From the NCBI GenBank assembly GCA_965198065.1, contig CBDAON010000004.1:576001-640000 (forward strand): DNA of 64,000 nucleotides, written 5' to 3'. Below are positions 31,038 through 42,348 of the stretch, piece after piece. This DNA comes from Longimicrobiales bacterium. GTDB taxonomy: Bacteria > Gemmatimonadota > Gemmatimonadetes > Longimicrobiales > Gaopeijiaceae. The notes under the pieces are model-generated. The model had not been told where the DNA came from. It saw only the letters and a list, made by a program, of their open reading frames with translations, and did no database searches. Position 1 is the first letter of the stretch; every line of letters begins with the position of its first letter. The translations under genes and the position numbers were made by a program.

Positions 31038-31760
31038 GGCTCCGGCGGATTCCCGGCATGAGCCGGTGAAGGGTCCGGGTCTCCAGGTGGCCGCGATCAG
31101 ATCGAAGTCGGGACGATCCGACAGGAGCTCCGGCCCGACCTCGGCCTCCACTACACGAACCCGGTCGGACAGACCATTCCGCTCCACGTCATGCCGCTTC
31201 CGGTCCCAACGTCGGCCATCCGGTCGCTCGCGCGCAGGCGGGGGTCGAGCAGACGGAGGGCCCCGCGCGTCGTGGGGTGCTCCGCCGTCCCGAAGGCCAT
31301 GCCAGGGTCGAGCGAGACCAGGTGCTCAGGGGGAGCCGGGGTCGGGCCTCCCAGGTGGGGCTCAGCACGATCCGCGGGGTCACGCGACGCGGAGCGAGCC
31401 CACGCTGCCAGATCTCCACCCAGGCCTCCTGCTCCTGCCAGCGATGAGAGATGACCTCGGGCTTGGCGCCGAGTGCGCGCTTCGCTAGGCTCGAACCCGG
31501 CAGACGAGATCGGCTGCCGAAGAGGAGCCGGGCGTCGATGTGCGGTCGTCGGTCGAGTGGTGGTCGGGAGCGCGGTCGTCAGGCGGGGACCAATCGTCGG
31601 CGCCCTCCGGAAAGTACGCCACGACAACCCGGGCGCCGGCCTCAAGGGATTCGAACTCCTCCACGCGCCCCGCCCCGAGAGCGCAACGAGCGCCTCGATC
31701 AGGAGCCCCGCCTCCTCGTCGTCCGCGGGGAGCCGCGATCTCCAGAACCAGCCACCCCAT
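30890..31760 (-). pseudogene. prmA: Ribosomal protein L11 methyltransferase, multiply frameshifted with internal deletion
   Basis: Fragments in different frames: MGWLVLEI, W..IW....P.RV...IVLSPTW, DPGMAFGTAEHPTT..DVGTGSG, ERNG..RV..FDLIAA, L.PGG...LGG..EEEW; follows dnaJ; 3' end approximate. Confidence 0.85.
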
Positions 31761-31762
31761 GG

Positions 31763-32926
31763 TCAGCCGGTGAACGCCCCTCGCACCTTGGACCAGAACC
31801 CCTGGGACGCGCCCTCCGCCGGCTCCACCTTCTCCGGGGGTCGATCCTCCACCGCCCTCATCCGCTCGAGCGCCTCCTTCTGCTCCCGGGAGAGCTGCGT
31901 CGGCGTCCAGACCCTCAACCGCACGACCAGATCGCCCCGCGTGGATCCGTGAAGCTCGGGCACCCCTTCCCCCTTCACCCGGATGAACTGGCCGCTCTGA
32001 ACCCCAGGCGGAACGCCGATCGTGCCCGAGCCCTCCACCGTGGGAACTTCGATCTCGCCGCCGAGCGCAGCCTCGGCGAACGTCACCACCCGCTCCGTAA
32101 CCAGGTCGGTCCCGTCGCGAACGAAGCGGTCGTCTTCCTCGACCTCGAGGAGCGCGATCACGTCCCCGCGCGGGCCGCCCCTCGGGCCCACGTTCCCGCG
32201 GCCCCGGAGCGTGATGAAGTTCTCCGAGCTGACCCCGGCCGGGACCTGGATTTCGACCTCCCCCTCCGCCCGAACCCTCCCCTCTCCGTAGCAGACGGCA
32301 CACGGTGCGCGGATGACCCGCCCCTCTCCGCGGCAGGTACGGCAGGTGGTCACGGACACGAACTGTCCAAAGACGGAGCGCTGAGCGATCCGCTCCTCAC
32401 CCGAACCTCCGCAGGTCGGGCACGTCGCGGCCCCCTGCGGGTCGGCGGAGCCGCTGCCGCCGCAGGTCCCACACGGCTCGAGGAGCGCGAGGCGGAGGCG
32501 CTTCGTCGAGCCGTGCACGACCTCCTTCAGTGTGACGGGAAGCCGAACGCGTACGGTCTCGCCCGCCATGCGCGTGCGCGGCGCACTTCTACGACGGCGC
32601 CCGCCGAAAATCTCCTCGAAGCCCGCGCCCCCGAAATCCCGCATGAAGATCTCGATCGCGTCGTGCAGATCGAACCCGCCCTGGAACGGGCCGCCGGCCC
32701 CGGCACCGCGCAGTCCATCCTTGCCGTACCGATCGTAGGCAGCACGGCGCTCCCGATCCCTCAGAACCTCGTAGGCCTCGGAGAGCTGCTTGAAGCGCTC
32801 CTCGGCCTCCGGGGATCCCCGATTCCGGTCAGGATGATAATCCATCGCGAGCCGGCGGTAAGCCTTCTTGATCTGGTCTGCATCGGCGCTGCGGGGGACG
32901 CCGAGGGTCTCGTAGTAGTCAGCCAT
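31763..32926 (-). CDS. dnaJ: Chaperone DnaJ
   Basis: [11 protein letters not shown], four CxxCxGxG repeats. Confidence 0.97.
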   Translation of the reverse strand: MADYYETLGVPRSADADQIKKAYRRLAMDYHPDRNRGSPEAEERFKQLSEAYEVLRDRERRAAYDRYGKDGLRGAGAGGPFQGGFDLHDAIEIFMRDFGGAGFEEIFGGRRRRSAPRTRMAGETVRVRLPVTLKEVVHGSTKRLRLALLEPCGTCGGSGSADPQGAATCPTCGGSGEERIAQRSVFGQFVSVTTCRTCRGEGRVIRAPCAVCYGEGRVRAEGEVEIQVPAGVSSENFITLRGRGNVGPRGGPRGDVIALLEVEEDDRFVRDGTDLVTERVVTFAEAALGGEIEVPTVEGSGTIGVPPGVQSGQFIRVKGEGVPELHGSTRGDLVVRLRVWTPTQLSREQKEALERMRAVEDRPPEKVEPAEGASQGFWSKVRGAFTG

Positions 32927-32960
32927 CAGGACGGACTTGTGACGAGCACTCGGATCCGGA

Positions 32961-34040
32961 TCACTCGAGGATCCGGCCGACAAGCGAGGAGGTGTGGTCC
33001 ACGATCGCGCAGACTTTCTCGTAGGGCATACGGGTCGGCCCGATCACGCCGATCACCCCCTTGAGCCCGCCCACCCGGTACTCGGCGGTGACCAGGGTGA
33101 AGTCGTTGAGCGCCCGGGCGCTATTCTCTCCCCCGATCGTGACATGGATCCCACCAACGTGAGAGCGGCTCCTGAGGACATCGGCTAGCATGTCCTTCCG
33201 CTCGGTCAGCTCGAGGAGCCCCTTCAGCCGCTTGCCACTCGTGAACTCGGGCTGCGACGCGAGGACGCTGGCCTGCCCGATGTGGATTTCGGCGCTCTCG
33301 GCCTCCGGCCAGTCGAACAGCTCGCCGCCCGACTGCATGAAGATGTTCAGCACCTCTTCGGTAGCCGGGTCGTCGCCCGCCACGACGTCGCGGATCCGGA
33401 CAGAGACGGTCTCGCGGATCTCGCTCAGGGTGAGTCCGGCCAAGCGCTCGTTCAGGAGGGGCGTGAGGGTAGTGAGCGTGTCGTCGGGAATCTCGCAGGG
33501 AAGGTCGATGAAGACGGTCTTCACGAGCCCGCTCCTCACCTGCGCCACGAGGAGCACTCGGGTGGACGAGACCCGCACGAGATCCAGCCGCTCGAGGACC
33601 GCGTGGTCCAGGCGGGGGGCTGCTGCGACACCCAGCTCCTGGGACAGGAGCCCGAGGGCCCGGGTGGCCCTCTGGATCAGGCGCTCGACGGCAGACGGGC
33701 CACCGAGATCCAGCTCGACCTCGAGGCGCTCCCTCTCCTCCTTCGTGAGCGGCATCGGCTGCATGACCTGCTCCACGAAGGCCCGATAGCCGAGGTCGGT
33801 CGGGACCCTCCCAGCCGAGGCATGGGGGTGGAAGAGATACCCCTTCTCCTCTAGGTCGCTCATCGTGTTTCGGACCGTGGCCGGGGAGACCCCGAGCTCG
33901 AAGCGGCGCGCCACGTTGCGGCTCCCGGCTGGCTCGGCCGTGTCTACGTACGTGCGCACCACGGCCTCGAGGACCGTTCGTTCCCTCTCCGTGAGGTCGG
34001 CGTGTCCCGACGTGCGCGTTATCGAGGATCGATCCGTCAT
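32961..34040 (-). CDS. hrcA: Heat-inducible transcription repressor HrcA
   Basis: [37 protein letters not shown]. Confidence 0.95.
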   Translation of the reverse strand: MTDRSSITRTSGHADLTERERTVLEAVVRTYVDTAEPAGSRNVARRFELGVSPATVRNTMSDLEEKGYLFHPHASAGRVPTDLGYRAFVEQVMQPMPLTKEERERLEVELDLGGPSAVERLIQRATRALGLLSQELGVAAAPRLDHAVLERLDLVRVSSTRVLLVAQVRSGLVKTVFIDLPCEIPDDTLTTLTPLLNERLAGLTLSEIRETVSVRIRDVVAGDDPATEEVLNIFMQSGGELFDWPEAESAEIHIGQASVLASQPEFTSGKRLKGLLELTERKDMLADVLRSRSHVGGIHVTIGGENSARALNDFTLVTAEYRVGGLKGVIGVIGPTRMPYEKVCAIVDHTSSLVGRILE

Positions 34041-34546
34041 CCCGTTGCCACCTCCCGCGCCGAGAGCGCGATAACGGAAACTATCCCCGCCAATCTCGCA
34101 GGTTCCGAACCCAAGGGCCAAGGGACGGTTCGCGCCGAGTGGGAGCCAGCGGTCGACGCGTTCCTTCCCCGGCTGGCCACCCGGCCGCAACATGACCGCA
34201 TCCACGCAGGGCCGGGCTCCGAGAGCTCCTCCTTGCAGTACCGGAGAGTGCGGGGCGGATATTGGGAGCGTTGGGCCCGGTGTGCGCGCCGGCTGGTGAG
34301 AAGCGCTTCGACGAGGCTCGCTCCGGTGTCTGGTTGTACGTGTGTGGTGGGGGCGAGTAGGGTCTAGCATCCGTGAACGGGCTGGCCCGCCAGCAGAGTC
34401 GCAGCTCCGCTAACAAGACTCCTGTGCGAGAGTCGTACAGCGGGGGCTGTGACAGCATCTGACTTCCCACGGCCTTCTACAACCTCGTCGGCAGCGGGAC
34501 AGTGCCCGTCTCAGAAACGAGTGCCGAGAGCGTGATCCGGCTCTCT

Positions 34547-35728
34547 TCATGAGCGAAGTGGAGCAATACCGTCGCGCCGAGTGGGCTCCGCGATCCACCC
34601 GTCGAGCCCCCTCCTGGCCACGCCTTCCACCTCGAGGGCGGTGAGAAGGGACAGGATCCGGGAAGGCGGGAGGCGCGACGCTTCGACCAGCTCGTCCAGC
34701 GTGCGGGGTACCCTTCCCAGGCAGTCGGCAAGCACCCGCCGGTCCGGAAGAGCGGAGGAGTCCGGCCGGCCGGCCGCCGCGCCGTCCTCACCGGCCCGAC
34801 TACTCCCGTCGGTCGGGGCTCGGCGAGGCTCCCACCCCAGGGTCTCGAGGACGTCCGTCGCGCTCGTAACGACATGGGCACCGTCCCGGAGCAAGGCGTT
34901 CGTTCCCTCCGCCTGGGGGATCTCGATCGAGCCCGGGACCGCGAACACCTCGAGCCCTAGATCTAGGGCGTGATCCACGGTGATCAGGGCCCCGCTCCGG
35001 GCCGCCGCCTCCACCACCACCACCCCGCTGCAAAGTGCCGCGAGGACGCGGTTCCGGCGAGGAAAGTGGTAAGCGCGGGCCGCCACCCCCGGAGGGAACT
35101 CGCTCACGACCAGGCCCTCGCGAACCACCCGATCGAAGAGCGCGCCATTCGCCGCCGGATAGGCGCGGTCTGGCCCACACCCCAGGACGGCGATGGTTCC
35201 TCCGGCCCCGCCGAGCGCCCCGCGGTGCGCGGCCCCGTCGATGCCGCGCGCGAGTCCGCTCACCACCGTGACGCCCGCGGCGGACAGATCCCGACCGATC
35301 CGCTCGGCCGCCCGCCGGCCCACCGAAGTGGCCCGCCTCGACCCCACGACCGCCACGCTCGGCCGATAGAGAAGCTCGCTCCGGCCCCGGAGAAAGAGCA
35401 CCGGGGGCGGATCGGAGAGCGGCCGGAGGCTCGCAGGGTACCGCGGGTCCAGAACGCTCAGGACGCGGATCGCGCGCTCGTGGCAGCGGTCCAGGATCCG
35501 CTCCACGCGCTCCAGTAGCTCCGGGTTGCGTCGCCGATCGGGAGATCGTGCCCCCGTCGTCACCCGGAACCTCTCCCCCGGTATCTCGAGCGCCCGGAGC
35601 GCCCCGCCCGAGGCCTCGAGGAGGCTGACGAGCGCTCGGTCTCCGAGGCCCGGCAGGAGGCGAAGGAGGAGGAGGGCCGACAGGTCGTCCGTGGCCGTCA
35701 GATCTCCTGGTCCAGGGCACTCCACCAC
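34547..35728 (-). CDS. dprA: DNA-processing protein DprA
   Basis: [25 protein letters not shown]. Confidence 0.95.
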   Translation of the reverse strand: MVECPGPGDLTATDDLSALLLLRLLPGLGDRALVSLLEASGGALRALEIPGERFRVTTGARSPDRRRNPELLERVERILDRCHERAIRVLSVLDPRYPASLRPLSDPPPVLFLRGRSELLYRPSVAVVGSRRATSVGRRAAERIGRDLSAAGVTVVSGLARGIDGAAHRGALGGAGGTIAVLGCGPDRAYPAANGALFDRVVREGLVVSEFPPGVAARAYHFPRRNRVLAALCSGVVVVEAAARSGALITVDHALDLGLEVFAVPGSIEIPQAEGTNALLRDGAHVVTSATDVLETLGWEPRRAPTDGSSRAGEDGAAAGRPDSSALPDRRVLADCLGRVPRTLDELVEASRLPPSRILSLLTALEVEGVARRGLDGWIAEPTRRDGIAPLRS

Positions 35729-36822
35729 TCCGCCTCGTCCACACCCGAGGTCGATGTTCGATCGGCCTCGACGTCCCCGTCCACCACCGGCTCCGAGGCG
35801 TCGGCCCTCACCCTAGACCAGAGCGCTTCCAGGAGAGCCGCGACCCCGCGCCGGGTGACGGACGACAGGACGAACCGGCCCCACGCATCCGGCGCGTGCA
35901 CCTCGGGTGCACGCGCCTCCGATGCGGGCTCCACGGCCGAGCCTCCACCCGTTCGAGCCCCCTCCCCGGCGAGCAGATCGGCCTTGGTGAGAACGAGGCA
36001 ATGCGGTCGCCGCGCGAGCGCCTCGGAATAGCGGGCCAGCTCGACGCGGAGGCGATCGTAAGTGCCCTGCGGATCGGGATCGTCGACCGGGACGAGGAGC
36101 GCGAGGGCCCGTGTGCGCTCGATGTGCTGGAGGAAGCGGTGGCCGAGCCCCCGGCCTTCGTGTGCCCCCTCGATGATGCCGGGAAGGTCGGCCATCACGA
36201 ACGACCGGAACTGGGGGAGCGCAACCACTCCGAGGTGGGGAGCGAGCGTCGTGAACGGGTAGTCGGCGACCTTGGGGCGAGCCGCCGTCACGGAGGCGAG
36301 GAGCGTGGATTTGCCCGCGTTCGGCTCCCCCACGAGCCCCACGTCCGCGATCAGCTTGAGGGTGAGCTCAATCGTCCGGCTCATCCCCTCCTCCCCCGTC
36401 TCCCATCGGCGGGGCGCCTGGTCCGTGGCCGTGGCAAAACGGGCGTTACCGCGGCCTCCCCGCCCGCCACGGGCCACGACGAGCCGCTCGCTCTCCGTCA
36501 ACAGCTCTCCGAGGAGCTCTCCGGCGTCCCGGTCGTGGGCCATCGTCCCCGGGGAAACCCTCAGCTCGAGGTCGCCTCCGCTCCGCCCCGTTCGATTGCT
36601 CCCCTCTCCGTGTTCGCCCCTCGGAGCCCGGTACTCCGCCTGGTACCGGAAATCGAGGAGCGTGGTGAGCTGCGGATCGCACACGAGCACGACGCTCCCG
36701 CCGTGCCCCCCGTCGCCCCCGGAAGGGCCGCCCCGGGGAACGCCCTTCTCGCGCCGGAACGCTTCCGCGCCCGAGCCCCCGGTCCCTCCCACGACCGTGA
36801 TGGTCACGCGATCGACGAACAT
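35698..36822 (-). CDS. obgE: GTPase Obg
   Basis: MFVD, Gly-rich Obg fold, G.PNAGKST, YPFTT, DLPG. Confidence 0.96.
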   Translation of the reverse strand: MFVDRVTITVVGGTGGSGAEAFRREKGVPRGGPSGGDGGHGGSVVLVCDPQLTTLLDFRYQAEYRAPRGEHGEGSNRTGRSGGDLELRVSPGTMAHDRDAGELLGELLTESERLVVARGGRGGRGNARFATATDQAPRRWETGEEGMSRTIELTLKLIADVGLVGEPNAGKSTLLASVTAARPKVADYPFTTLAPHLGVVALPQFRSFVMADLPGIIEGAHEGRGLGHRFLQHIERTRALALLVPVDDPDPQGTYDRLRVELARYSEALARRPHCLVLTKADLLAGEGARTGGGSAVEPASEARAPEVHAPDAWGRFVLSSVTRRGVAALLEALWSRVRADASEPVVDGDVEADRTSTSGVDEAEWWSALDQEI

Positions 36823-36838
36823 GGTTCGACTCTGCTCC

Positions 36839-37675
36839 TCACTCCGCCGGCTCGAGCTCGAGCTCCGCCTTGAGCGCGAACCCCATCGTCCCTCCTCGCT
36901 CCGCTCCGCAGAAGATCCCCTCGGCTCCGTCCTTCAGGATGACCGATCCTCCGCACGCCAGCATGACGCTGGAGACGAGCCGGTCGGTTCCGCCCATCAT
37001 CCAGGGGTGCCCGACCATGGCCTCGACGATCCCGCGAGCTCCGAGGACTCCCTGCGCCGACGCGCGGGCGAGCGCGGCGTACGCCCGGGCCATGAAGCGC
37101 AGGGGCATGGCGAAGCAGACCACGCCGCACCCGTCCACCCCGGTGCCGATCTCGCCCTTGGCGAGCCCAGACCACCGGGCGACCTCTGTGAGCATTCGTC
37201 GCTGAACCGGGTGCCGGGGCGAGAGATATCCGTCGAGTGGCCATTGGTGGTGCCTCGCGAGCGCGAGCATTCCCGCGTGCTTTCCAGAGCAGTTGTTGTG
37301 GATGGGCTGGGGCAACTCCCCCGAGTGAGCCAGCGCCGACGCCGCCCACTCCGACAGCGGCGCGTGCGGCCCGCAGGCAAGAGCCGCTTCCGGGATGCCG
37401 CTTCGCTCGAGCAGGTGACGAACGCCCTCCACGTGGCCCGGTTCCCCGCCGTGCGACGCGCACGCGAGCGCCAGCTCTTCCTGGGGGATTCCCATCCCTT
37501 CCACCGCTCCGTCGGCTACGAGCGGCAGCGCCTGAAACGGCTTCGCCGCGGAGCGCAGGAACGTGACGAGATCGGGATCTCCCGCACGCCACAGGAGCCG
37601 CCCGTCCGCGTCCGTCACGGCGACGTGCATCCGGTGCCGCGACTCGATCACGGCCGCGCGACGGAGGACGATCAC
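36839..37675 (-). CDS. L-asparaginase II family protein (C-terminus possibly shortened)
   Basis: [33 protein letters not shown]. Confidence 0.88.
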   Translation of the reverse strand: MIVLRRAAVIESRHRMHVAVTDADGRLLWRAGDPDLVTFLRSAAKPFQALPLVADGAVEGMGIPQEELALACASHGGEPGHVEGVRHLLERSGIPEAALACGPHAPLSEWAASALAHSGELPQPIHNNCSGKHAGMLALARHHQWPLDGYLSPRHPVQRRMLTEVARWSGLAKGEIGTGVDGCGVVCFAMPLRFMARAYAALARASAQGVLGARGIVEAMVGHPWMMGGTDRLVSSVMLACGGSVILKDGAEGIFCGAERGGTMGFALKAELELEPAE

Positions 37676-37924
37676 CGCAGTCAGGGGAGCCTCCCTCGGG
37701 TGGCCGCCTCAATCATCCGCGCTCTCGGACTCATTGATGCCATCTCTCGCGGGGATCCGGAATGGGAATCCGGGACGGCCCGAAGGGACGATCCACCGCC
37801 TCACCCGATCAGGGCGTGCCGGCAGCTCGCCGAACGTCCACAGGTCGCCGCAGAGGTGGGGGAGCGGGCGGTACGGGTGCCGCGCGGCGGCCGACGTGCC
37901 GCCGTAGGAAGCCGAGCGTCCGGG

Positions 37925-39658
37925 TCAGGATCCCGCGGCTGGCGTCGCGGAAACCGAGCCCGCCTGCGAAGCGTACGAGGCGGCCCGCTCAAAGAGATCC
38001 TCCGGCGACCGCGCCACGGTGAGCAACTCGACCGCGCGCTGGAGGGCCGTGTCGTACGGCATGCCGCGCCGAAACGCCTCCAGCTCCCCCCACCCCTGCT
38101 TCGCGATCTCGGACTCGAGCTCGAGACTCACGAACCGCGCGGCCCGATCGAAGACCTCCGGGTCGATCTCGAGCCCGCGCTCGTCGGTGAGAAAGGCGTG
38201 GAAACGGTCCAGGTCCGCGCCCGTGACGTCGAACCCGGAACTCCGGTTCCTGGCCCCGTTCAGAAAGCGGACCGAGAAGTCGAAGAGGCCGTTGAAGAAC
38301 CGCCCCCCCACGGCGAAGAGCTCACGGACGGCCTCCTGCTCGGCGGTCGTCAGCGTGTCCTCGGACACGATCAGGTCAGGCACGATCCCGCCACCGCCGA
38401 AGAGGGTCCGCCCGCCGACGGACGACAGGGTCGGCCGCCCGGCCGTATCGGGTGGAGCCGCGATCAGTCCGCGAATCGTTAAAGATCCCACGACGTCCCC
38501 CTCCCCCCCCGCACCCGGCCCCGACGCCCCCTCGTTCGTCCTGATGCGCTCGATCGACCGCCCCTGGGGAGTGTACCAGCGCGCGGTGGTCAGCTTCAGC
38601 ACGTTTCCGGCCGAGAGCGAGAAGAGGCTCTGGACGGATCCCTTCCCAAAAGTGCTGCTCCCGATGAGGAGCGCGCGGTCGTGGTCCTGCAGAGCACCCG
38701 CCACGATCTCGGAAGCGGACGCGCTCCCGCGATCTACCAGCACGACGACGGGGAAGCCGGGGTATCGGTCGGGAGCGGAGGCTCGAAGCGTGCCCGTCGG
38801 CCGTCCGTCCCGCCCCCTCGTCTGGACCACGTCCGACCCTCGGTCCAGGAACAGGTCCGCCACCCCGACCCCCTGGTCGAGGATTCCGCCCGGATCGCCA
38901 CGCAGGTCCAGAACGAACGACGTCGCGCCGGCCTGCCGGAGGGAGTCGGCCGCGGTGCGAACCTCTTCCGTGGCGCTCTCACTGAAGGTCGAAAGGGGGA
39001 TGTAGCCGATTCCGGGATCGATAAGCGTGGCGTACGAGACCGGGTGAATCTGGATCTGCTCGCGAACGAGCTCGAACTCGATCGGCTCGTCCACGCCGTT
39101 CCTCTCGATCTGCACGCGCACGGCTGTGTCCGGACGTCCTCGCAGGACCTGGACGGCCTGCTGCGCGGCCCACCCGCAGGTCGACTGGCCCTCCACCGTG
39201 ATGATCAGGTCCCCGGCGCGGATCCCCGCACGGTGGCCCGGGCCGCCTGGGATCGGTCCCACCACGGTAATGAAGTCGCCACGCTCGGCGATCTCGAGCC
39301 CAACCCCTCCGTAATCCCCTTCGGTCTGGATGCGGAAGTTCTCGTACGCCTCGCGCGACAGGAGCACGGTGTTCGGATCCCCCAGACCGTCCAGGACGCC
39401 CTCGATCGCGTCGTCGTAGAGACCGTCGCGATCCACCGGGTCCACGAAGCGCTCAGTGATGTGCTCCACGACCTCGTCGAAGAGGGTGGACTCGGCCACC
39501 CTGTCCTGACCCTCGACGACGCCCTCGCGGAGAAACCAGGCCCCGGCCACGATGGCGACGCCGAACACGATCCCAGGGCCGATGGGGAAGAGCCGAGGCG
39601 TCATGGGTCGGTGGTGGTTGGGGGAAGGGGCCTTCGCGACGGAACGGCCCTCGTTCAA
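37925..39658 (-). CDS. S41 C-terminal processing peptidase (CtpA-like)
   Basis: PDZ, DLRGDPGG, SASASEIVAGALQD, TFGKGSVQ; start may be ATG 39604. Confidence 0.93.
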   Translation of the reverse strand: MNEGRSVAKAPSPNHHRPMTPRLFPIGPGIVFGVAIVAGAWFLREGVVEGQDRVAESTLFDEVVEHITERFVDPVDRDGLYDDAIEGVLDGLGDPNTVLLSREAYENFRIQTEGDYGGVGLEIAERGDFITVVGPIPGGPGHRAGIRAGDLIITVEGQSTCGWAAQQAVQVLRGRPDTAVRVQIERNGVDEPIEFELVREQIQIHPVSYATLIDPGIGYIPLSTFSESATEEVRTAADSLRQAGATSFVLDLRGDPGGILDQGVGVADLFLDRGSDVVQTRGRDGRPTGTLRASAPDRYPGFPVVVLVDRGSASASEIVAGALQDHDRALLIGSSTFGKGSVQSLFSLSAGNVLKLTTARWYTPQGRSIERIRTNEGASGPGAGGEGDVVGSLTIRGLIAAPPDTAGRPTLSSVGGRTLFGGGGIVPDLIVSEDTLTTAEQEAVRELFAVGGRFFNGLFDFSVRFLNGARNRSSGFDVTGADLDRFHAFLTDERGLEIDPEVFDRAARFVSLELESEIAKQGWGELEAFRRGMPYDTALQRAVELLTVARSPEDLFERAASYASQAGSVSATPAAGS

Positions 39659-40359
39659 CCCCGGCGCGCGGGGAAGTGTTCCGGAAACCGGGTTGTGAGC
39701 GCCTCGCGCACTTCGCGATGAACCTCGTCTACCGGTGCAGTGGCCTTCACGAGAACGGCCCCGGGATAGTCCCGCGCGAGGGATCGGTAGGCTCCCGCTA
39801 CGGTCTCGTGGAAGCTCATCTCCTCCGCCTCGATCCGGTCGGCCGCTTTCCCTACCTGCCGCGCGTGCCCCTCGTCCGCCGGAAGGTCGAGGATGAACGT
39901 CACGTCCGCGCGGAGCCCCGCCGTCGCGAAGGCGTTCAGGAGCTCGACCGCCTCCACCCCAAGCCCTCTCCCCACCCCCTGGTAGGCCAGGGTCGAGAGC
40001 TCGTAGCGGTCCGCGATCATGACGGCTCCGCCCTCCAGCGTGGGTCGGACCACGTCCCGGACGAAGGCCGCCCGAGCCGCGAGGAGGAGGAGCAGCTCTG
40101 TCTCGGCCGACATCCCGGAACCGCCCGCGCTAAGGAGCACGGCCCGAATCGCCTCCCCGACCCCCGTTCCGCCTGGCTCGCGGGAGAGCCGGTGCCGAGT
40201 CCCGCGCTCGGCAAGCCACCGGGCCAAGAGGCCGGCCTGGGTGCTCTTCCCCGCCCCCTCGACTCCCTCGAAGACGAGGAAGAGGCCGCGCCGGGTCGCG
40301 CCGCTCGCTTCGCGGGGGCGAGGCCCCTCCTCACTCCTGCTCGTAGTACTCGAGCCCAA
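39655..40359 (-). CDS. tmk: Thymidylate kinase
   Basis: FEG.EGAGKSTQ, REPGG, DRY..ST.AYQG; start uncertain. Confidence 0.93.
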   Translation of the reverse strand: MGSSTTSRSEEGPRPREASGATRRGLFLVFEGVEGAGKSTQAGLLARWLAERGTRHRLSREPGGTGVGEAIRAVLLSAGGSGMSAETELLLLLAARAAFVRDVVRPTLEGGAVMIADRYELSTLAYQGVGRGLGVEAVELLNAFATAGLRADVTFILDLPADEGHARQVGKAADRIEAEEMSFHETVAGAYRSLARDYPGAVLVKATAPVDEVHREVREALTTRFPEHFPARRG

Positions 40360-41650
40360 GGTGGGTGAGCAGCTGTTCGTCGCCGAGCCAGCGAAGGGTG
40401 TTCTTGAGCTTCGTGTGCTGGATGAAGAGGTCGTGCTCTGGGTACAGCCCGGGCGCGGTCTGCGGGCTCTTGAAGTAGAAGGAGAGCCACTCCTGGATCC
40501 CCTTCATCCCCGCGCGCTTCGCGAGATCCAGGAAGAGGGCAAGATCCAGCACGATGGGAGCAGCCAGGATGGAATCCCGACAGAGGAAGTCCACCTTGAT
40601 CTGCATCGGGTACCCCATCCACCCCGTGATATCGATGTTGTCCCACCCTTCCTTGTTGTCGCCGCGCGGAGGATAGTAGTTGATCCGGACCTTGTGGTAG
40701 AGGCTCCCGTACAGGTCGGGGTACATCCGCGGCTGAAGGATGTGCTCGAGCACGCCCAGCTTCGATTCCTCCTTCGTCTTGAACGAGTCCGGATCGTCGA
40801 GCACGGCTCCGTCCCGATTCCCGAGGATGTTCGTGGAGAACCAGCCCTCGATCCCCAGCATCCGGGCCTTTAGCCCCGGCGCGAGGATCGTCTTCATGAG
40901 TGTCTGGCCGGTTTTGAAGTCCTTGCCCGCGATCGGCACCCCGGACTCCCTCGCAAGGGACTCGAGCGCGGGCACGTCCGCCGAGAGGTTCGGGGCCCCG
41001 TTGGCATACGGTACGCCTTCCTTGATGGCGGCGTACGCATAGATCATGCTCGGCGCGATGGCGGGATCGTTCGCCCGCATCGCGGCCTCGAAGACCTCGA
41101 CCGTCTCGTGCGCAGGACCCGGACGGAGGAATATCTCGGTCGATCCGCACCAGATCATCACCAGGCGGTCGCACCCGCTCTCCTCCGCAAAGCGCCGGAT
41201 GTCGTCCCGCACCTGCTCCGCCAGCTCTAGCTTGTCCTTCCCGGTCTTCACGTTGGGCCCGTCCAGGCGACGAACATAGGTCCGGTCGAAGAGGGCCGGC
41301 ATCGGGCGGATCGAGCGAAGGAATGCCTCGATGGGCGCCAGGTGGTGCGTCCCCAGCACGCCCGCCTTCACGGCGCTCTCGAAGCCGTCGTCCGGGATCG
41401 GATCCCACGCGCCGAAGACCAACTGGTCGAGCGCGGCGAGGGGGACGAAGTCTTTGATCAAGGGAGAACGCCCCTCCGTTCGCTTCCCCAGGCGGATCGT
41501 ATTCATCTGTGTGAGCGAACCCACGGGCTTCGCCAGACCGCGTCGCACGCTCTCCACCCCCGCCACCATGGTCGTCGCCACCGCTCCGAACCCCGGCAGG
41601 AGTACGCCGAGCCGTCCCTCACCGGACTGAATCACAGATCGATCCGTCAC
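40331..41650 (-). CDS. ino1: myo-inositol-1-phosphate synthase
   Basis: G.GAVATT, NGAPN, GKDFKTGQT, NILGNRDG, CRDSILAAP, SFYFKSP. Confidence 0.95.
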   Translation of the reverse strand: MTDRSVIQSGEGRLGVLLPGFGAVATTMVAGVESVRRGLAKPVGSLTQMNTIRLGKRTEGRSPLIKDFVPLAALDQLVFGAWDPIPDDGFESAVKAGVLGTHHLAPIEAFLRSIRPMPALFDRTYVRRLDGPNVKTGKDKLELAEQVRDDIRRFAEESGCDRLVMIWCGSTEIFLRPGPAHETVEVFEAAMRANDPAIAPSMIYAYAAIKEGVPYANGAPNLSADVPALESLARESGVPIAGKDFKTGQTLMKTILAPGLKARMLGIEGWFSTNILGNRDGAVLDDPDSFKTKEESKLGVLEHILQPRMYPDLYGSLYHKVRINYYPPRGDNKEGWDNIDITGWMGYPMQIKVDFLCRDSILAAPIVLDLALFLDLAKRAGMKGIQEWLSFYFKSPQTAPGLYPEHDLFIQHTKLKNTLRWLGDEQLLTHLGLEYYEQE

Positions 41651-42330
41651 CGAGTCTTCTCCGTGTAGTCGTGGGCGGGTCCGCCTCCTGGTCGAGCCCG
41701 CGGCTCATCGAGGGGAACGCCAGCCGCCTCGCGGTAGACCCACACAATCCTCTGGAATGCGGTGAGGGCGGTCGTCACCGCGAGGACGATCAGCACGACC
41801 CGGAGCACGAGCCCGTTCCACGAAAGGCCGAAGAAGAGCGATCCGCCACCGAGCAGGAGCACCCGCTCAGCGCGTTGCATGAGGCCCACCGAGCAGTCGA
41901 GGCCGAGCGCCTCGGCGCGCGCGCGTGTGTAGCTCACCATGAGGGACCCGCCCATGGCCAGCGCGATCACGTAGACCATCCAGACGTCGGCCAGCTGCCG
42001 ACCGTACTGAATGTAGAGGGAGAGGAGGCCGAGGAAGACGACGATCTCACTGATGCGGTCGAGCGTCGAGTCGAAGAAGGAGCCGAACTTGGACGCCAGG
42101 CCACTCAGGCGGGCCACCTGCCCATCGAAGATGTCGAGCACGCCGCCGCCGAGGATGCAGAAGCCCGCCCAGCGGACGTGGTCGAAGTGATAGAGCACGC
42201 CGGCAGCGACGGTGACCGCGAAGCCCACGATGCTGACGGCGTTCGGATGGACGCCCCAGCGGATCAGCGCGCTCGTCGCCGGCGAGATGATCCGGTAGAC
42301 CACGTCCTTGAAGATCTTAAGAGAGGGCAT
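41647..42330 (-). CDS. CDP-alcohol phosphatidyltransferase (probable phosphatidylinositol-phosphate synthase)
   Basis: PN, DIFDGQVAR..G.FFDSTLDR, SY.RARAE, R.ER. Confidence 0.9.
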   Translation of the reverse strand: MPSLKIFKDVVYRIISPATSALIRWGVHPNAVSIVGFAVTVAAGVLYHFDHVRWAGFCILGGGVLDIFDGQVARLSGLASKFGSFFDSTLDRISEIVVFLGLLSLYIQYGRQLADVWMVYVIALAMGGSLMVSYTRARAEALGLDCSVGLMQRAERVLLLGGGSLFFGLSWNGLVLRVVLIVLAVTTALTAFQRIVWVYREAAGVPLDEPRARPGGGPAHDYTEKTR

Positions 42331-42348
42331 GGCCCGGGTCGGTCGCCG

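Noticed and set aside
34045..34072. Canonical CIRCE element for HrcA
   Set aside because: Only 6/9 in the left arm and the right arm needs a gap; kept only as a weak note.
40300..40359. Frameshift at the tmk start (GTG overlapping the ino1 stop is out of frame)
   Set aside because: An in-frame TTG at 40359 exists and the N-terminal tail is not conserved, so a lesion cannot be shown.
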